This document shows, one piece after another, positions 9,327-17,864 of a stretch of DNA of 53,746 nucleotides. Every line of letters starts with the position of its first letter. Position 1 is the stretch's first letter. Source of the DNA: Gammaproteobacteria bacterium (GTDB lineage: Bacteria > Pseudomonadota > Gammaproteobacteria > JADZEE01). The DNA lies in assembly GCA_050183625.1 (NCBI GenBank), contig JBFXBD010000042.1, forward strand, positions 1-53,746. Reading direction: 5' to 3'. A model generated the notes under the pieces. That model had not been told where the DNA came from and did no database searches. It saw only the letters and a list, made by a program, of their open reading frames with translations. The position numbers were made by a program, and so were the translations under genes.

Positions 9327-10829
9327 ATGTCCGCGCTCAAAGCCATCATCGAAGAGATCGTCGCAATCGACCCGGCCGCGAACGCGGTGGAGTTCCTGGG
9401 GCAGTGGCACCGTTGGGGCGAACTCGGCGCGGCGATCCGCGCCATCGACCAGGCGCTTGCCGATGCCGGCCTCGGACCGGACGCGCGTGTCGGCGCCGTT
9501 CTGCGCAATTGCTACGAGGCCGCGGTGGCGATCGTCGCGATCCCCTGCACCGATCGCTGCATGGTGGTGCTCAATCCGAGCCTGCCCGACGAGCGCCTGG
9601 CCGATGACGTCGCGCGCATCGCGGTGCCGGCGATCGTGGCCGCGCCGGTCGACTGGGCGCGCGAGCCGTTCCGGCGCGCGGCGCTGGACAGCGGTGCCCT
9701 GTGCCTGGAGGTCCGCTCCGATCCGGCGGCGCCGGTGTGCGTGCTGCAGGCACTGGAGCCCGGCCGCGCGGCGCGCATGCGCATGCGCGCGCCCGGCGAC
9801 GCGCTCGAACTGCTCACCAGCGGCACCACCGGCCCGCCCAAGCGCATACCGCTTCCGGTCGGCAATTTCGAAACGTCCATGCTCGGCGCGCTCGGCTTCG
9901 AATCCAGGCGCGCGGATCAGGGCCGGCCGCAATTGCGCAGCGGCGTGCAGATCCTGAGCATGCCGTTCGGCCACGTCGCCGGGTTGCAGGCGGTGATCAT
10001 CGCCGTACTCGCCGGGCGCCAGTCCTGCATCCTGGAACGGTTCAGCGTACCGGCGATCCGCGACGCGCTCGTGCGGCACCGCCCGCGCGTGTTCACCGCG
10101 CCGCCCGCGGCGCTGCGCACCCTGTTCGACGCGAACCTGCCGAAGGAGGACCTGTCCAGCCTCGCGGCGGTACGCACCGGCACCGCGGCGCTGGATCCGG
10201 ATTTCGCCGAGGCCTTCTACGAGCGCTACGGGATCCCGATTCTGCAGAACTACGGCGCCACCGAATTTCCCGGTGTCGCCGGCTGGACGCCCGAGGATTT
10301 CCGCAACCTGCACCGCGTCAAGCGCGGCAGCGTCGGGCGGCTGAACACGGGCATCCAGGCACGGGTGGTGTCGCAGGACACCGGCGATCCGGTTCCGGCC
10401 GGCCAGGCCGGGCTTCTCGAATTGCGCGCGGCGCACATCGGCGACGGCAGGAACTGGGTGCGGACCTCGGATCTGGCCGTGCTCGACGAGGACGGTTTCC
10501 TGTGGATCCGCGGCCGTGCGGACGCCGCCATCGTGCGCGGCGGGTTCAAGGTGCATCCGGAGGATGTCGCGCGCGCGATCGAGCAGCATCCGGCCGTGCA
10601 CGAGGCGGTCGTGGTCGGGCTTGCCGACGCGCGCCTGGGCGCGGTGCCGGCCGCCGCGTTCACGACCCGCCCGGGCATGGCGTCGCCGACCGATGCGGAG
10701 TTGACCGAATTCCTGCGCGCGCGCCTGCTGGCGTACCAGATCCCGGTGCGCTTCGCCGCAATCGCCGATCTGCCGCGCAACGACACGCTCAAGATCAGCC
10801 TGGTCGGCGTGAAGGCGCTGTTCGAGTGA
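9327..10829 (+). CDS. AMP-dependent acyl-CoA synthetase/ligase
   Basis: Carries the LTSGTTGPPKRI AMP-binding motif and a C-terminal GRADAAIVRGGFKV motif; GAGGAA RBS. Confidence 0.8.
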   Translation: MSALKAIIEEIVAIDPAANAVEFLGQWHRWGELGAAIRAIDQALADAGLGPDARVGAVLRNCYEAAVAIVAIPCTDRCMVVLNPSLPDERLADDVARIAVPAIVAAPVDWAREPFRRAALDSGALCLEVRSDPAAPVCVLQALEPGRAARMRMRAPGDALELLTSGTTGPPKRIPLPVGNFETSMLGALGFESRRADQGRPQLRSGVQILSMPFGHVAGLQAVIIAVLAGRQSCILERFSVPAIRDALVRHRPRVFTAPPAALRTLFDANLPKEDLSSLAAVRTGTAALDPDFAEAFYERYGIPILQNYGATEFPGVAGWTPEDFRNLHRVKRGSVGRLNTGIQARVVSQDTGDPVPAGQAGLLELRAAHIGDGRNWVRTSDLAVLDEDGFLWIRGRADAAIVRGGFKVHPEDVARAIEQHPAVHEAVVVGLADARLGAVPAAAFTTRPGMASPTDAELTEFLRARLLAYQIPVRFAAIADLPRNDTLKISLVGVKALFE

Positions 10830-11340
10830 CGGTCGCCACGCGCGTGGAATGGGCCCGCGATGCTTGCACGGTGCGATCGGCATGCGTATAGTGCGCGCCC
10901 CTCGTGCCCGGCCGGGCACGGCGAACGGAGCCGTCGAGCGATGAGATTCTCAACGCCAATCGAACATCTGCATGCGATGCAGCCAGCCCGCTGCGGCGCG
11001 GCCGTCCGTTTCGACCGGCCCGCGCTCACCGGCTGCAACGCCCGCAACCGACCGTCCTGATCCCATTGCCAGGGAAGGGCCGGTCGAGGCCCTTCCGCGA
11101 GTGTGCGAACGCCCCGGAAGGCCGAGCCTTCCGGGGCGTTCTGCTTTGGGCGTTCGCAACATGGCACCACGAATTCGGCGGACCGTGTCCGCCAGCCGAA
11201 TTGGCGCGGCTCGAACGCGCCAATCGGGAGCCGGTGCGGGACGTTTCGTCGCGGAGCGGGTTCGGGCTCACGCCTGCCCGCCCGGTGCGCCCGGCGCTGC
11301 CGGCGCGTATGCCGCGGGCGTCCGGCGCCGGTTCCACGCG

Positions 11341-11412
11341 GGAGCGGTAGCTCAGTGGTAGAGCGGCGGCGAGTTGCGCTGCAGGCCGCGGGTTCGAATC
11401 CCGCCCGCTCCG
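11341..11412 (+). tRNA. tRNA-like gene with GUU (Asn) at anticodon positions 34-36 under standard numbering, but a non-canonical anticodon loop
   Basis: Hand-folded cloverleaf. Acceptor GGAGCGG/CCGCTCC is perfect. D-arm is GCTC-AGTGGTA-GAGC and T-arm GCGGG-TTCGAAT-CCCGC. The anticodon stem GCGGC/GCTGC encloses the loop GAGTTGC, which has A33 instead of the near-universal U33, and G32:C38 could extend the stem. No encoded CCA. Confidence 0.55.
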
Positions 11413-11413
11413 G

Positions 11414-11486
11414 AAGGAGGTAGCTCAGAGGGTAGAGCAACGACCTTTTACGTCGTGTGTCGCGGGTTCGAATCCCGCCCTTGAAA
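11414..11486 (+). tRNA. tRNA-Lys(UUU)-like gene with an unpaired acceptor stem; possible tRNA pseudogene
   Basis: D-arm GCTC-AGAGGGTA-GAGC, anticodon arm ACGAC-CTTTTAC-GTCGT (U33, anticodon TTT, A37) and T-arm GCGGG-TTCGAAT-CCCGC all fold well. The 5' acceptor AAGGAGG does not pair with the 3' CCTTGAA (4 of 7 pairs at most). It starts 2 nt after the preceding tRNA-like gene. Confidence 0.45.
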
Positions 11487-11780
11487 CTGGCTTCAAACCA
11501 GTGAAACAGCGGTCCGCGAGGACCGTACCACCGGGGATGCCCCGCGCGGTTCGTGTGTCGTCGCAGCGGCTTGCCGTGCGGCGGCGCCGGGCCGCAGCGC
11601 CGGGCTCGGCCCGGGAGCCGCCGTCGCGTGCAGCGGGCGGTGCGGTGTACGACGGGGCCAGGCGCATGCGGTTCGATGTGCCGCGCGCCGTCCGGATCCG
11701 CATCCTTACTGCATGCGAGCGCGTCTCCTGCACCGGCGCGGCGCCAGGGGCATTCCCTCCATTTCGAAGGAGACAGGGCC

Positions 11781-12911
11781 ATGCTGGGTATCAAGCGGGT
11801 GGTCGTGGGCGACGCGGAGCGCGCCGTCATGTACCGCAACCGTCGTGTGGAGCGTGTGCTGGCGCCGGGCGTGTACCGGTTCTGGGATCCGCTGCGTCGC
11901 CTAGACCTGCGGGTCGCGGACATCGGCAAGCCGGAGTACGAGGGTCGCGATGTCGAAGTCCTGGTGGATCGCCTGGGGCCGGCGCTCGACGAGGTGTTCG
12001 TGCTTGCCGACGTCGGTGTCGAGCAGGTCGGCCTGGTGTCGAAGAACGGCAGGCTGGAGGACGTCCTGGCACCGGGCAGCCGCAGGCTGTACTGGAAGGG
12101 CCTGGTGGCGGTGCGGATCGAGACCGTGCCGTTCGGCGCCGATCCGCAGGTGCCTGCGCCGGCGGCTGCGCGGCTGCGCCAGATCGGCGCGCTCGAGCGT
12201 GTCGCCGTCGTCGCCACCGTGCCGGTGGAGTCGGCGGGCCTGCTGTTCGTCGACGGCGGATTGATGCGCACGCTGGCGCCGGGAATGTACGCGTTCTGGA
12301 ACTTCCGCAGGAACGTCACCGTCGAGGTGGTGGATCTGCGCGTGCAGGGCGTGGAGGTCTCAGGCCAGGAGCTTCTGACCCGCGACAAGGTCAGCCTGCG
12401 CGTGAACCTCGCGGCGAGCTTCCGGGTGACGGATGCGGTCGCGGCGCGCACGCGGGTCGCCAAGTATGGCGACTACCTGTACCGCGAACTGCAGTTCGGG
12501 TTGCGCAAGGCCGTTTCGGCCAAGACGCTGGACGAACTGCTCGGCGACAAGGCGTCCCTGGACGCGGACATCTTCGCCTACGTGCGCGGCCGGGTGGACG
12601 AACTCGGTATCGAGGTGCTGGGCGTAGGCGTCAAGGACGTGATCCTGCCGGGGGAGATGAAGGAGATCCTGAACGGCGTGGTGCAGGCGGAGAAGACGGC
12701 GCAGGCCAACGTCATCCGCCGGCGTGAGGAGGCGAACGCGACCCGTGCGCTTCTGAACACCGCCAGGCTCATGGAGGAGAGCCCGGCCCTGCTGCGGCTG
12801 AAGGAGCTGGAGGCGCTGGAGAAGGTGACCGAAAAGATCGACAGGCTGACGGTCTTCGGTGGCCTGGAGGGCGTGCTCAACCAGCTCGTCACGCTGCGCC
12901 CGGCCGGGTGA
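11781..12911 (+). CDS. Cytoplasmic SPFH/band-7 (slipin-like) protein with a duplicated N-terminal domain
   Basis: C-terminal SPFH signature (...KDVILPGEMKEILNGVVQAEKTAQANVIRRREEANATRALLNTARLM...). Two related ~100-aa N-terminal segments (VYRFWDPLRRLDLRVADIG and MYAFWNFRRNVTVEVVDLR). No TM helix. AGGAGA RBS 10 nt upstream of the ATG. Confidence 0.75.
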   Translation: MLGIKRVVVGDAERAVMYRNRRVERVLAPGVYRFWDPLRRLDLRVADIGKPEYEGRDVEVLVDRLGPALDEVFVLADVGVEQVGLVSKNGRLEDVLAPGSRRLYWKGLVAVRIETVPFGADPQVPAPAAARLRQIGALERVAVVATVPVESAGLLFVDGGLMRTLAPGMYAFWNFRRNVTVEVVDLRVQGVEVSGQELLTRDKVSLRVNLAASFRVTDAVAARTRVAKYGDYLYRELQFGLRKAVSAKTLDELLGDKASLDADIFAYVRGRVDELGIEVLGVGVKDVILPGEMKEILNGVVQAEKTAQANVIRRREEANATRALLNTARLMEESPALLRLKELEALEKVTEKIDRLTVFGGLEGVLNQLVTLRPAG

Positions 12912-12952
12912 GGCGTACGCGCCGGTGGATTTGCACCGGCGTTCGACGCAGG

Positions 12953-12988
12953 CGGGCCGCCCGGGCGACCGGGCGGCCCGATTTTTTT
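12953..12988 (+). terminator. Rho-independent terminator for the SPFH gene
   Basis: GGGCCGCCCGGGcgacCCGGGCGGCCC stem followed by GATTTTTTT. A second 8-bp hairpin CGCCGGTG..CACCGGCG sits just upstream. Confidence 0.7.
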
Positions 12989-12998
12989 CCGGGCCGGG

Positions 12999-13439
12999 TC
13001 AGCGCTGCCGGAACTCTGCGGCGGGCGCCGGCAGGCCCTGCAGGATGCTGCCCTCGACCGGCGGCGCGGCGAAGGTCCGCAGGACCAGCGCCGCGGCGAG
13101 CGGCTCGCGCCGGTTCCACGGCATGAGCGAAAGCGTGCGCGCCAGCGCGCAGTAGCCGAACAGCACCATCGCCAGCGTGCCGCCGAACCAGATCCAGTAC
13201 GCGAACGCGAGCGGTGGCCACTGGCTCGCGCACAGCAGCGCGAGATAGGCCAGACGCACCTGCACGGGAAACGCGCCGGCGCGCCGTTCCCGTGCAAGCG
13301 CATGCAGGCACTGCCACGCCGTCAGCGCGATGGCCATGCGAAAAGCCTCGGGCCGGCCCGCGAGGCCGGCGCCGAGGAGCACGGCGGTGATCGCCCAGTA
13401 CCACCAGGCCACGCGGCGGATCATCAGCATGGTTTTCAT
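12999..13439 (-). CDS. Small integral membrane protein (146 aa, about 3-4 TM, Trp-rich), hypothetical
   Basis: Hydrophobic segments WWYWAITAVLLGAGLAG, LAYLALLCASQWPPLAFAYWIWFGGTLAMVLFGYCALA. GGAGAA RBS. Last gene of a three-gene minus-strand unit. Confidence 0.55.
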   Translation of the reverse strand: MKTMLMIRRVAWWYWAITAVLLGAGLAGRPEAFRMAIALTAWQCLHALARERRAGAFPVQVRLAYLALLCASQWPPLAFAYWIWFGGTLAMVLFGYCALARTLSLMPWNRREPLAAALVLRTFAAPPVEGSILQGLPAPAAEFRQR

Positions 13440-13478
13440 TTCCAGGTTCTCCGTGGTGTGAAATCGCCACGCGCTGCG

Positions 13479-13631
13479 TCAGGCGCGCTCCGGTGCGACG
13501 ACGATCGTTTCGGCCTGCGCCGTGACGCGGCCGGCGTGGTCCAGCAGCACGGCGCTGCCGGCGTTGATGGCCAGGGCGGCGATCGCGGCGATTATGCAGT
13601 GCATGAGTTCGATGAGGTCGATGTGTTTCAT
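13479..13631 (-). CDS. Small protein/peptide of 50 aa (MKHIDLIELMHCIIAAIAALAINAGSAVLLDHAGRVTAQAETIVVAPERA)
   Basis: In-frame ATG at 13629-13631 preceded by GGAGAG. It lies between the diiron-oxygenase gene (59 bp upstream) and the membrane-protein gene (39 bp downstream), same strand. The rest of ORF 13479..14219 is junk. Confidence 0.45.
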   Translation of the reverse strand: MKHIDLIELMHCIIAAIAALAINAGSAVLLDHAGRVTAQAETIVVAPERA

Positions 13632-13690
13632 GGTGGCTCTCCGTGGGGGTTGCGGCGCCGGGCCGGTCGAGGACCGGCCAGGCGCACGGG

Positions 13691-14602
13691 TCATTGGAAC
13701 GTTGCGACGGCGTTCTCGACCATGCGGCGGGCCTTCGGGCTCACCGTGCCGAGGGTGTCCAGGAAGCGCGGGTGCGTCATGCCCGAGCCCAGGAACGTGA
13801 AGCGGTTCGCCTGAAGCTGAACGCGCATGAACTCGTCCCGCTCCTGCGCGTGCGGCAGGATGCCCGTGGCGCGCTCCAGCGCCTCGAGATCCAGTTGCGT
13901 CTGCTGCTGCAGGCCGCCGTCGATCAGCGCACCGATCTTCCAGTAATCCTCGATCGAGCGATCGATCTCCGCGCTCGTCGCGTTCGCCGCCAGCGATTCG
14001 ACCAGCAGCGTGTCGAGCCGGGCGTGCTGCGCCTCCTCCATCCAGTGATGCCGCAGCAGGCTCTTGAACTGCGGATCCAGCTCCTGGTCGTCCCGCACCG
14101 AGTCGCGGAAGTGGCGCTGCGTCATCCACTCGATCTGCAGGATGACCAGCGCGACCGCCAGCGGGCGGTGCGCGAGCACCGCGCGGGCGATTTCCGCCGC
14201 CGGCCCGATCACCTCGCATGGGGTGCCGAAGCCACGCAGGAACTCGGCGCGAAACATGCGGAACAGGTGGATGTGCTTGGCCTCCTCGTCGGCGAAGCCG
14301 AGCAGGGCACGCACGCGGTGGTCGTCGCCTCCCAGTTGCGGTCGCGCGTGATCGAGCACGAACGGCAGGATGAATTCCTCGACCAGGCCGAATATGTACA
14401 GGTAGCCGTGGCCGCGGATCTGGTTCAGGACGCGCCGGGCATCGGCGTCCAGGAACCCGAGCGCACCGGTGCGCGCGAGCGACTCGGGCATGAACGGCCG
14501 CGAGAAGTCCAGCGTGCGCTGGTCGTTGATGAGATCCTCCACGCGCCAGTGGATGCGTTCGCTGGCGGCGAGTACCGAACGATAGCTGTAGTCGTGTGAC
14601 AT
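13691..14602 (-). CDS. Ferritin-like diiron-carboxylate oxygenase (AurF/PF11583-like), 303 aa
   Basis: Four ligand motifs are spaced as in AurF-type N-oxygenases: GLVEEF, DEEAKHIH, IEWMTQRH, HHWMEEAQHA. AGGAGA RBS. The upstream portion of the 445-aa ORF is Arg/Pro junk. Confidence 0.65.
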   Translation of the reverse strand: MSHDYSYRSVLAASERIHWRVEDLINDQRTLDFSRPFMPESLARTGALGFLDADARRVLNQIRGHGYLYIFGLVEEFILPFVLDHARPQLGGDDHRVRALLGFADEEAKHIHLFRMFRAEFLRGFGTPCEVIGPAAEIARAVLAHRPLAVALVILQIEWMTQRHFRDSVRDDQELDPQFKSLLRHHWMEEAQHARLDTLLVESLAANATSAEIDRSIEDYWKIGALIDGGLQQQTQLDLEALERATGILPHAQERDEFMRVQLQANRFTFLGSGMTHPRFLDTLGTVSPKARRMVENAVATFQ

Positions 14603-14777
14603 GGCGGTTCTCCTGTCGGGTTGCGGTGGGTTCCGGCGCGGGCGCTTCGGCCCGGGCTTGGAGACAGTTTCAGAGCGCGGCGTTTGAGCCGGCGTTGGAA
14701 GCAGCGTGGTAATTGCGGCACAATCCCTGGGCCGCGGTGCGCACCCGTCGCGCCCGTTTCCGCCGGCCGGAGCTGCC

Positions 14778-17700
14778 ATGACCGCCGACGCCCTGTCCTG
14801 CCGCCTGCTCGGGGATCTCGCCGTGGAGCGCGCCGGCGTCGCGGTCGCGCTGCCGCCCTCGCGCAAGACCCGCGCGCTGTTCGGGTACCTGGTCGCCGCC
14901 GGGCGTCCGCAGCGCCGCGAGCGCCTGTGCTCGCTGCTGTGGGACGAGACCGACGATCCGCGCGGCGCGCTGCGCTGGAGCCTGACCAAGCTGCGCCCCC
15001 TGGTGGACGCGCCCGGCGTCCAACGCATCGTCGCGGACCGCGAACACGTCGGGTTCGAGCCGCTGGGCGCGGCCGTGGACGTGCTCGATCTGCGCGCCCG
15101 GCTCGCCGCCGGTGCGCAGGGGCTGCCCGTGTCCGGCCTGGAAGCACTGGCGCAGATGTTTCGCGGCGAATTCCTCGAAGGGCTGGATCTGCCGGATTTC
15201 CACGCCTATCAAAGCTGGCTGGTCGCCGAGCGCGACGCGCTGCGGACGCAGCGGTTGCAGGTACTGGCGGCACTGGTGCGCGGCCATGCGCCGCGCCCGG
15301 AAGTGGCGCTGAGGTGGGTGCGCGAATGGGTGCGGATCGACGCCGGCAGCGAGAGCGCCTGGGCGGAAATGGTTCGCCTGCTCGCGGCAACCGGGCGGCT
15401 CGAAGAGGCCAGGATGCAATACGAGGCGGCCGGCCGGGCGATTGCGCAGGGCGGCGTGCGCCCGACCGGCGAACTGCTCGCGGCGTGGGCGCGGGTCCGC
15501 CCGCGCCGGCAGTCCGAAGCGCCCGCGAGTGCCCCCGGTTCGCCCGAGCGTGCTCCCGGCGCGCCGGCGAAGCCGTCACCGGCCGCGGCCATCTCCGAGC
15601 CGATTATCGGCCGTGAGGCGGCGTGCGCGCGATTGCAGGCCGTCCTGGATGGCGCGCGAACGCAATCGTCGGCCCGGGCCGTGCTGCTGACCGGCGAGCC
15701 GGGCATCGGCAAGACGCGCCTGCTGCAGGCGGTGGTGGGTTCGTTCGCCGCCGGGCAGGCCGCCGTGCTGAACGCACGTGCCTGGGAGGCAGAGATCGGG
15801 CGGCCCTACGGACCGTGGATCGACGCGGTGCGCGCCCTGCCGGCGTTCGAAGTCGGGCCGCAACTGGCCGCCGAGCTGGCGCCGCTCATCGGCGGCGAGG
15901 ACGGCGATGCCGATCCGCGCAGCCGCGAGCGCCTGTTCGGCGCGTTCTGCGAGCTGGCCGGCGCGCGCATCCACAGCGGCGGCGCGCTGCTACTGGTGTT
16001 CGACGATGCGCAGTGGCTCGACGAAGCCTCCGCGGAGCTTCTTCACTACGTGCTGCGTATGCACCGTCATCGCCCGCTGCTGCTCGTGCTCGCGGCGCGA
16101 ACCGCCGCGTTCGAGGGCAATGCGCCGATGGCGCGCGTCGTCGACGGGCTGCGGCGCGAGGTGGGGGTCGAGGAACTGCCGCTCGCGGGGCTCCCGGTGC
16201 AGGATATCGCGGCGCTTGCCGCGGCACACCGCGTGGCGGTCGATGCCGCGCGGCTGCACGCCGATAGCGGCGGCAACCCGCTGTACGCGATCGAACTGCT
16301 GCGTGCCGGTCCGCGGCAGGCGGAGCACGCGCCCGCGCCGCTCGCGCGCTTGATAGAGGATCGTCTCGCCAGGCTGGCCCCGCCGGCCGCGGATCTGCTG
16401 CGCTGGGCCGCGGTGCTCGCGCCCGGCGTGCAGGGGGATCTGCTCGCGCGGCTCGCCGGCGCCGCGATCGATCGGCTCGATCGCGATCTGCAGTCACTGG
16501 AGAGCGAACACCTGCTCATCGCCTCGTCAGGCGAAGGCTATGGTTTCGCGCACGAGATCGTGCGCAGGATCGTGTACGGCTCGATCTCCGAACCGCGCCG
16601 CCGGATCATGCACCGCGCCGCGGCTCAGGCCCTGCAGTCCGCCGCCGCGCCGGCCGCGGCGGTGGCCCGCCACGCGATGCTGGGCGGGGAGCCGCAGGCA
16701 GCGGCACAGGCCTGCATTGCCGCGGCGCGGCACTGCCTGCGCGTGTTCGCCACGACTGATGCACTGCGGTACGCGCGCCGCGGGCTGCGATGCGTACGGG
16801 CGGTGCAGGAGCCCAGGCGCGTGGAGCTGCTGCTGGATCTGGCGCACGTCTACCTCGCGGCGCGACGCCCCGAGGATCTGGAGCGCGCGGCTGCCCGGTT
16901 GCGGCCGCTGGCGGATCGGGCGCTGGATTTCGGCCGGCACGCGCATGCACGCCTGGGATTCCACATGCTTGCCTGGCTGCGCTTCGAGGGCGGCGTGCCC
17001 GCGGATGCGCAGCGCTACATGCAGGAAGCCGAGCTGGCGGCGCGTGGTGCGGGCGAGCCGGAACGGGTCGCCGCGCTGGCGGAAAACGCGCGCTGCCTGG
17101 CCCTGCTCGAGCGCGAGTTGCCGCGGGCGCAGGCATTGGCGCTGGAGGCCGAGGCGATGGCGCGGCGATCCGGCGCGGAGTCCGCGGCCGCGGTGCACGC
17201 CCAGGGTATCGTCGCCGCGCACCGGGGCGAGGATGCGCAGGCGCAACACCTGCTGCAGCGGGCGCGGGATCTGGCGCGCGTGGATGGCGACCGCATGGGC
17301 GAGTTCCAGTCCCTGGAGCACCGGGTGGAACTGCTTCTGCACGCGCAGCAATGGGGATCCGCACGCGCGCTGTGTACCGAATTGCTTCGGCTCGCGGATC
17401 GGATCCGCGAGGGCAGCGAGTTGCAGTGCGCGCGCGTGCTCGATGCACTGAGTGCCTACGGCAGCGGCGAGCCGGGCAGCGGCGCGGCGCTTGAATCGGC
17501 AATCGAAGCCCTGCGTGCAGCCGACGCCAAGCAGCGCCTGGGCGTCGCGCTGGCCATCGCCGCCGGAGCGGATCTGCGCGACGGACGGCCGGACCTGGCG
17601 GCGGCGCGCGCCGCCGAGGCAATGAACCTGGCGCAACTGCTGGAGCGGCCGAGTGACCATGCCGCGGCAGCGGCACTTTCGGCGCTCGCCGCGCGCGCGG

Positions 17701-17864
17701 CCGGGGACGAACGCGTGTTGCGCGCCCGGGTACGGGAGTTGAAATCGCTGCGCCCGGAGGCGCTGTCGGCACGCGCCCGTTCACTGGTGACGCAGGCATT
17801 GCAGCCGCGCGGCGGCGCGCGGGAGGGTGGGACCGATGGAATGGATCGTCGTCGAACGCGATAG
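14778..17864 (+). CDS. AfsR/SARP-family transcriptional regulator (OmpR-type wHTH plus BTAD, P-loop NTPase, C-terminal TPR region)
   Basis: N-terminal LLGDLAVERAGVAVALPPSRKTRALFGYL...WSLTKLR (SARP DNA-binding/BTAD). Walker A LLTGEPGIGKTRLL. Long helical, repeat-rich C-terminus. Divergent from the diiron-oxygenase unit across a 175-bp intergenic region. Confidence 0.8.
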   Translation: MTADALSCRLLGDLAVERAGVAVALPPSRKTRALFGYLVAAGRPQRRERLCSLLWDETDDPRGALRWSLTKLRPLVDAPGVQRIVADREHVGFEPLGAAVDVLDLRARLAAGAQGLPVSGLEALAQMFRGEFLEGLDLPDFHAYQSWLVAERDALRTQRLQVLAALVRGHAPRPEVALRWVREWVRIDAGSESAWAEMVRLLAATGRLEEARMQYEAAGRAIAQGGVRPTGELLAAWARVRPRRQSEAPASAPGSPERAPGAPAKPSPAAAISEPIIGREAACARLQAVLDGARTQSSARAVLLTGEPGIGKTRLLQAVVGSFAAGQAAVLNARAWEAEIGRPYGPWIDAVRALPAFEVGPQLAAELAPLIGGEDGDADPRSRERLFGAFCELAGARIHSGGALLLVFDDAQWLDEASAELLHYVLRMHRHRPLLLVLAARTAAFEGNAPMARVVDGLRREVGVEELPLAGLPVQDIAALAAAHRVAVDAARLHADSGGNPLYAIELLRAGPRQAEHAPAPLARLIEDRLARLAPPAADLLRWAAVLAPGVQGDLLARLAGAAIDRLDRDLQSLESEHLLIASSGEGYGFAHEIVRRIVYGSISEPRRRIMHRAAAQALQSAAAPAAAVARHAMLGGEPQAAAQACIAAARHCLRVFATTDALRYARRGLRCVRAVQEPRRVELLLDLAHVYLAARRPEDLERAAARLRPLADRALDFGRHAHARLGFHMLAWLRFEGGVPADAQRYMQEAELAARGAGEPERVAALAENARCLALLERELPRAQALALEAEAMARRSGAESAAAVHAQGIVAAHRGEDAQAQHLLQRARDLARVDGDRMGEFQSLEHRVELLLHAQQWGSARALCTELLRLADRIREGSELQCARVLDALSAYGSGEPGSGAALESAIEALRAADAKQRLGVALAIAAGADLRDGRPDLAAARAAEAMNLAQLLERPSDHAAAAALSALAARAAGDERVLRARVRELKSLRPEALSARARSLVTQALQPRGGAREGGTDGMDRRRTR

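Noticed and set aside
10250-12463. 737-aa minus-strand ORF spanning the tRNA-like genes and the SPFH gene
   Set aside because: It crosses two tRNA-like structures and is antisense to a well-supported SPFH gene. Ser/Thr/Arg/Pro-rich junk.
14778-17864. The AfsR-like P-loop/TPR protein as a possible antiviral STAND (Avs-type) NTPase
   Set aside because: Its N-terminus is an OmpR-type winged helix plus BTAD DNA-binding module rather than a nuclease or other effector. The architecture matches SARP-family transcriptional activators.
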